From Planctomycetota bacterium (GTDB lineage: Bacteria; Planctomycetota; UBA8108; SXIK01), in assembly GCA_965223845.1 (NCBI GenBank), contig CBDCXR010000004.1:1632001-1696000 (forward strand): a stretch of DNA of 64,000 bases, read 5' to 3'. How positions within the stretch are numbered: position 1 is the first letter of the stretch; every line of letters starts with the position of its first letter. The notes beneath the pieces were generated by a model. That model saw nothing but the letters and a program-made list of their open reading frames with translations. It did not search any database and was not told the DNA's origin. A program made the translations under genes and the position numbers. Shown piece by piece: positions 58,885 to 64,000 of the stretch.

Positions 58885-59353
58885 TCTCAGCTCGAGCGGA
58901 ATCTCTGGCCGCGAGGCAGCGACCACTCCGCTCCCGCTCGAGCGCCGTGACTTTCTCCGCCGCGGCTCCGCTGGGGCGAGCGCGTTTCTCGCGTGTCTCT
59001 CCGGCTGCACTCTTCCCGTGCGGACGATTCGCTCACCGAACTCGGCGCAGATCGAGATTCCGCTCGACCGCTATCCCGAGCTCGCGTCCGCGGGCGGTCG
59101 TGTGCGAGTTCTCCACCCGACCGCACGGCTGGTCTTCGTCACGAGGACCGATGCGGGCGTGACCGCCCTCTCGGGTGTGTGTACTCACCAGGGCTGCGAG
59201 GTCGAATCGGCCGGGAGTGGATTCCGCTGTCCCTGTCACGGCTCGAGCTTCGATGCCGAAGGAGCGCGGCAGGGTGGACCGGCCAGGCGGGCGCTCCGCG
59301 AATATCCGGCGCGTGTCGTTGACGAGCTGGTCATAGTGAAACTGAATGGATGA
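58841..59353 (+). CDS. Tat-exported Rieske [2Fe-2S] lipoprotein (start uncertain)
   Basis: RRDFLRR, lipobox LSGC, CTHQGC and CPCHGSSFD. Confidence 0.9.
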   Translation: MTMMASSSRSRPISDLSSSGISGREAATTPLPLERRDFLRRGSAGASAFLACLSGCTLPVRTIRSPNSAQIEIPLDRYPELASAGGRVRVLHPTARLVFVTRTDAGVTALSGVCTHQGCEVESAGSGFRCPCHGSSFDAEGARQGGPARRALREYPARVVDELVIVKLNG

Positions 59354-61008
59354 GGACGATGGCCCGACTCGATGGTGCTAGCGAATCCCTTCCCCGCGTG
59401 GGCCGGTCTCGCCCTTGTTCACCGCGAACCGGAATTTCGACGGCCGCGCTCGCCTTCGCGCTCGTCGTCGCGGGGTGCAAAGGAGGTACGGACGGCCCGG
59501 GCGCGACGTCGCTCGATCCTCCCGCCGAGCCGGATCCGCCGGGCGACGTTCCCGCGTTCCCGTTCGTTGCTCACGTCGACCAAGTTCGCATCACGAGCGG
59601 CGCGATTCTCTTCGACGAGCTGTTCGTTCTCGGCGACGAGTTCTTCGAAGCCGAGTTCAATTCCCTCGACGGCGCGGGGGCGCTCCTCCTTCCCGATGGA
59701 ACTCCGCTGCCGAGTCGATTCTCGCGCGTGCCTCCCGGCGGTGGACGCTTCACCGGTCCGAACGCGCAGGCTTGCTCCGCATGTCACAACGCTCCTCTGC
59801 CGACATCGGCGGGCGAAGCGGCGAGCAACGTCGCGCAAGATCCGTCGGGGACCGGCATGCCGCCGTTCAATCGGAGGAATCCGATCAGTCTCTTCGGATC
59901 AGGCGTCATCCAGCGACTCGCCGAGGAGATCACCGAAGACCTCCTCGCTCTCAAGTCTGCGGCCGAGCTCGACGCGGTCCCCGGAGGCGCGCCCGTCTCA
60001 CGAAGGCTCACCTCGAAGGGAATCGACTTCGGCGAAATTTCGGTCACGCGAGCGCTCGATGGTACGGTCGACCTAGACGCGTCGGGCGTCGAGGGCATCG
60101 ATCCGGATCTCGTCGTTCGGCCGTTCGGCTGGAAAGGGAACGCGACGACCCTGCGAGACTTCGTGCGGGGCGCGTCGCGGAACGAGCTCGGAATGGAGGC
60201 GGATGAGCTCGTCGCTCGGGACGCGCTCGGTCGGGACGATCCCGACGGCGACGGGATCGTGGGGGAGTTCTCGGTCGGTGACATCACCGCGCTCACGATC
60301 TACTGCGCGGCGCAAGAAGTGCCGACGACCACGGCTCGCCTCGCCCGAGAGGGATTTGCAGCGCCGCCGCCCGCGGAAACGGCGGTGGCGATTGCGCGCG
60401 GGCGGGAGCTCTTCGAGCTCATCGGCTGCGCGGAGTGCCACGTTCCGGCCCTCACGCTGCGCGTTCCGACTTTCGAAGAGCCGACCACGCGCGGCGGTGG
60501 CAAGTTCTTCGACACGACGATCGATCCGATCGCGACTGGACTCGATCCCGCACGCCCGTTTCGATTCGACCTCGTGCGCGAGGGGGACGCGCCTCGACTC
60601 GAGCTCGACCGAGAGGGTCGGGCGGTCGCCAAAGTCTTCGGCGATTTCAAGCGCCACCGGATGGGGCGCGCGCTCGCGGACGCGCAGCCGACGGCGGTGA
60701 CCACTGCGGACGGCGATCCGCTCGAGATCGACGGTGCCTTCGTGGACGTTCCCGCCGACACATTCTTCACCCCCGAGCTTTGGGGGGTCGGGAACACCGG
60801 GCCTTGGCTTCACGACGGCCGCGCGGCATCGCTCGACGAAGCGATCGCACTCCACGGTGAGGACTCCCCGCCGCCGGTGGGCGATGCGGATCGGAGCGAG
60901 GCGCAGGAGTCACGCGACGCCTTCCTCGCACTCGACGACGACGATCGCGCGGCCGTGGTCGAGTTCTTGAAGAGCCTCGTCCTCGCTAGCTTCGAAGTCG
61001 AGGAGTGA
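59350..61008 (+). CDS. Di-heme oxidoreductase (DHOR) family lipoprotein
   Basis: ATGA overlap; lipobox VVAGC; GPNAQACSACH, RNPISLFGSG, PFGWKG, GCAECHVP, TPELWGVG..GPWLHDGRA.SLDEAIALHG. Confidence 0.88.
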   Translation: MRTMARLDGASESLPRVGRSRPCSPRTGISTAALAFALVVAGCKGGTDGPGATSLDPPAEPDPPGDVPAFPFVAHVDQVRITSGAILFDELFVLGDEFFEAEFNSLDGAGALLLPDGTPLPSRFSRVPPGGGRFTGPNAQACSACHNAPLPTSAGEAASNVAQDPSGTGMPPFNRRNPISLFGSGVIQRLAEEITEDLLALKSAAELDAVPGGAPVSRRLTSKGIDFGEISVTRALDGTVDLDASGVEGIDPDLVVRPFGWKGNATTLRDFVRGASRNELGMEADELVARDALGRDDPDGDGIVGEFSVGDITALTIYCAAQEVPTTTARLAREGFAAPPPAETAVAIARGRELFELIGCAECHVPALTLRVPTFEEPTTRGGGKFFDTTIDPIATGLDPARPFRFDLVREGDAPRLELDREGRAVAKVFGDFKRHRMGRALADAQPTAVTTADGDPLEIDGAFVDVPADTFFTPELWGVGNTGPWLHDGRAASLDEAIALHGEDSPPPVGDADRSEAQESRDAFLALDDDDRAAVVEFLKSLVLASFEVEE

Positions 61009-61097
61009 GGACGAGAGGGCTCGCGGATCGCCGCATCGGTTTGTAGGGCGCGCCGGGCCCGGGTACCGGTCCAGAGGGTCGGCCGGTACGAACCGTA

Positions 61098-62507
61098 CTA
61101 AACGAGCTCTCGGATCGCCTCGCCTTCCGTGATCACCGTGCTCACGTCACTCGACAGCTCCCGGAGCAGCCGCAGCTCGCCGATATCGAAGAGCGACTGC
61201 ATCATGGTCGCGAGAAGATGTCCGGGACCATACCGCCGGGTCGCGGGCTCGGTCGCTTTGGCGTCCGAACGCCCGATGACCTGTCCCATCTTGAGTCCGC
61301 CGCCGTAGACGAGGAGCGGGGTGAGATTGCCGTAATGATCGCGGCCACCGTTCTTGTTGATGCGCGGAGTACGGCCCATCTCGCCCGTGACCACGAGGAG
61401 AATCTTGTCGCTGAGTCCGCGGCGCTCGACGTCCTCGATGAAAGCGGCGACCGCATGATCGACCTGCGGGCCTAAGTACTTCATGCCGCCGAGTCCCTTC
61501 GGGCTGTTCCCGTTCGAGTGCATGTCCCACCCGCAATCGGAGACGGTCACGAATCCGCAGCCCGCCTCGCAGAAGCGGCGAGCGAGCAGCATCTGTTTGC
61601 CGAGGAGATTCGTCGCCCGGCGCATGTCGCCCCACTTCTGCACGTCTTCGTTTCGAAAGAGGTTGCTCGTGTCGTATTCGGCGACGACCCGCGGATCCTC
61701 GTCGGAGAGGTCGAATGCCGACGCCGCCCCCCGCGCGATGACATCGAAGGCTTGCTCGCGGAATTCGTTCGCCCGAAAGCGGGCTGCGGCCGACTCAGCA
61801 ACGGCGCGCGCGGAGTCGAGCTTGGCGAGAAGTGTCCGTCGATCCGCGAAGCGCGCGGCCGGGATGCGGAGCTCCATGTTTTCGACGAGCGGTCCGCCAG
61901 AGGCGGGATCGAACGCGCGGTGAGACTCGCCGAGCATTCCCGGGTCCGTGAGCGTCGGTAACGCACCCGTCTCGAAGTTGCGCTTTAGCTCGAGCTCTGC
62001 ATCGACCGCCTCGGGCTTCACGAGCACGTTCGACGGCATTCCCGTGCGCGGATGCGTGGTTCCGACGACGCGCGAGTAGAGAGCGCCCGGTGTCGCTCGC
62101 AGTGAATTGCGTCCACTCGCGACGTCGCGGTAGGTGTGGCCGGAGTTTCCCGACGCGAACGAGCGCACGATCGAGAACTTGTGGGCCATCTTCGCGAGTC
62201 GAGGAAAGGTCCCGCCGAACGTGATCCCCGCGTGAGTCGTCGGCACTTCGCCGAAGATGCTTCGGTAGTCCGAGGGCGCACTCATCTTCGGGTCGAAGAG
62301 CTCGATGTGCGACGGACCGCCCTGGAGGAAGAGAAAGACGACCGAACGATCCTTCACCGCGAGTCCGAGCTCGGAAGCGCGTGCCCGCACGGAGAGGAGG
62401 TTCGCGAGCGTCATCCCGCCGAGGCCGAGGCTGCCGACGCGAAGAAAGTCGCGGCGGCGCCACCCCTCGCAGTTTCGGTCGAGTCTTCCGTCGGTGATGT
62501 TGAGCAC
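61098..62507 (-). CDS. DUF1501 domain protein
   Basis: RRDFLRVG, FLQGGPSHIELFDPK, LLARRFCEAG..FVTV, WDMH, GEMGRTPRIN..GGRDH. Confidence 0.92.
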   Translation of the reverse strand: MLNITDGRLDRNCEGWRRRDFLRVGSLGLGGMTLANLLSVRARASELGLAVKDRSVVFLFLQGGPSHIELFDPKMSAPSDYRSIFGEVPTTHAGITFGGTFPRLAKMAHKFSIVRSFASGNSGHTYRDVASGRNSLRATPGALYSRVVGTTHPRTGMPSNVLVKPEAVDAELELKRNFETGALPTLTDPGMLGESHRAFDPASGGPLVENMELRIPAARFADRRTLLAKLDSARAVAESAAARFRANEFREQAFDVIARGAASAFDLSDEDPRVVAEYDTSNLFRNEDVQKWGDMRRATNLLGKQMLLARRFCEAGCGFVTVSDCGWDMHSNGNSPKGLGGMKYLGPQVDHAVAAFIEDVERRGLSDKILLVVTGEMGRTPRINKNGGRDHYGNLTPLLVYGGGLKMGQVIGRSDAKATEPATRRYGPGHLLATMMQSLFDIGELRLLRELSSDVSTVITEGEAIRELV

Positions 62508-62978
62508 TGTGACCTCGTCCGTCTATGCTTGCGGCTCGCGCGCGGCAACTTTCGCCGGCCCAGATACTTCGGTCGATTTTGGCGCGGATGAACGATCGAG
62601 ATCAAGCGTTTCCGGCTCGCCGTGGTGCCGACTCCGACGTCGAACGGCACCTAAGCCGAGACGAAGGCGACTCGCTCGGGTTCGACGATGGTTGGGGCTC
62701 TCCGCTCGCGCCGGCGGATTCGCTTGACGTTGCGGCGTCGCTGAACGAATAAGATGGATCGAGGTTTTCCAACCTATACCAGAGTTCCGCGAACCCACGG
62801 AGATTCGTCCATGCGCGTCACCGATCGGCCGTTCACCGTAGGCCTATTCCCTGAGAAGGAGTGTTGCGCCGGTTCAGGAACCGAATTCCCTCTCGGGGCG
62901 GCTTCCGCGAAGTCCACGCGCCGGAAACACGAGGCCGTGTCCGCGACGGTTCCGGTACCACCTGTGGTCCGCGTCGCG

Positions 62979-64000
62979 ATGCCGGCCGAGCAGCCTCGCT
63001 CTCCGGCTTCGAACCGATTCTCGCGCCGGCTCCTTCTCGGCGTTCTCTCGCTTCTCGCGGTAGCGCCGTGGGCCGCCGTCGCCGGCGAGCGCCTCGAGCA
63101 TCCGCTCTTTCGGGCGCTTCGCCGCGGCGACCGGGACGGCGTCGTCGATCTTCTTCGCCGCGGTACTCCACCGGATATTCGCCTTGCGGATGGCACGACT
63201 CCTCTCCTCTTCGCTGCCCTTCACAACGACGCGAACATGGTCTCGCTTCTGCTCGAGCACGGCGCGGATCCGAACGCCGCGACAGATGACGGAGTCACCG
63301 CTCTCCTTTGGGGAGCGGGCGACGCCGAGAAGGTGACGCTCCTCCTCGAGCGCGGCGCCGACCCCGATGCTCGATCCGCGCGTCAGCAGTCGCCGCTGCT
63401 CGCCGCCGCCGGCTACCCGTCGGGAGCGGAGAGCGTGGCGCTTCTCCTCGAGCGCGGCGTCGACGTCGACACGCGCAATCGCGGCGGCTTCACACCGCTC
63501 ATGACGGCGCTCCAGTCGGGCAGCGTCGAGACGATTCGGCTCCTCCTCGATCGCGGAGCCGACGTCACTCCGTCGGAGGAGCAGCCGGCGAGGAACCGAA
63601 CTCCGATTCTCGCGATCGCCGCCGAGAGAGGGGACCCCGCGATCGTTCAGCTTCTTCTCGACCGGGGCGCCGACCCGAACGCCGGCGACGGTGACTTCGC
63701 CGGGCACGCGCTCAATGCCGCTCTTCTCACGGATCGAGCGGAGATCGCGACGCAACTCATCCGAGCAGGAAGCGATCTCGACCACGCTACGCGCGTCGGC
63801 GACGTTCCTCCGTTTGTCCTCGCCGCGTACACCGAGGCCGGCTCGGTCGATGCAGCGAAGCTGCTCCTCGCGCGCGGGGTCGACGTGAAGGCGAAGAACG
63901 CCAAGGGCGAAACCGCCCTCACGTGGGCTCGACGCCGTGGGCATCGCGAGCTCATCCAGCTATTCGAGGAGGCCGGAGTACCAGCGGGGGAGAGCGCAGC
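62979..64000 (+). CDS. Secreted ankyrin-repeat protein, truncated at the window end (absent from the ORF track)
   Basis: Translated by hand: signal peptide (SRRLLLGVLSLLAVAPWAAVAG), DGTTPLLFAA, LLEHGADPNA, GFTPLMTA, LLDRGADPNA, GETALTWA. Confidence 0.88.
   Translation, partial: MPAEQPRSPASNRFSRRLLLGVLSLLAVAPWAAVAGERLEHPLFRALRRGDRDGVVDLLRRGTPPDIRLADGTTPLLFAALHNDANMVSLLLEHGADPNAATDDGVTALLWGAGDAEKVTLLLERGADPDARSARQQSPLLAAAGYPSGAESVALLLERGVDVDTRNRGGFTPLMTALQSGSVETIRLLLDRGADVTPSEEQPARNRTPILAIAAERGDPAIVQLLLDRGADPNAGDGDFAGHALNAALLTDRAEIATQLIRAGSDLDHATRVGDVPPFVLAAYTEAGSVDAAKLLLARGVDVKAKNAKGETALTWARRRGHRELIQLFEEAGVPAGESA

Overview
GC-rich bacterial chromosome segment, most likely Planctomycetota (inferred from a DUF1501 protein, a PVC-type CxxCH dehydrogenase, PQQ-like propellers, a CRTAC1/ASPIC protein and several dockerin-tailed secreted proteins). 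About 38 protein genes and one tRNA-Pro(GGG). Housekeeping and metabolic genes: type IIA topoisomerase A and B subunits, xylA, ilvC, dacB, acyl-CoA ligase, inositol monophosphatase, class III aminotransferase, NagA-like amidohydrolase, an ABC efflux triad, an MMPL transporter and a Ser/Thr kinase. Best candidate for an undescribed system: an operon (38553 to 34722, minus strand) of ECF sigma factor, membrane anti-sigma with an external dockerin, small secreted cohesin-like protein and VIT/vWA lipoprotein, suggesting cohesin-dockerin binding used for signalling. The window also has two secreted proteins carrying both cohesin-like and dockerin-like domains, and a dockerin-tagged FG-GAP protein. 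Other highlights: a DtxR-family regulator with two operator palindromes upstream of a porin + Rieske + di-heme lipoprotein operon; a RAYT-like HUH transposase next to tRNA-Pro with nested REP-anchored duplications; a MITE/REPIN-like element; an IlvC with a lysine-rich tail. All family calls come from motif recognition by eye; no searches were run.
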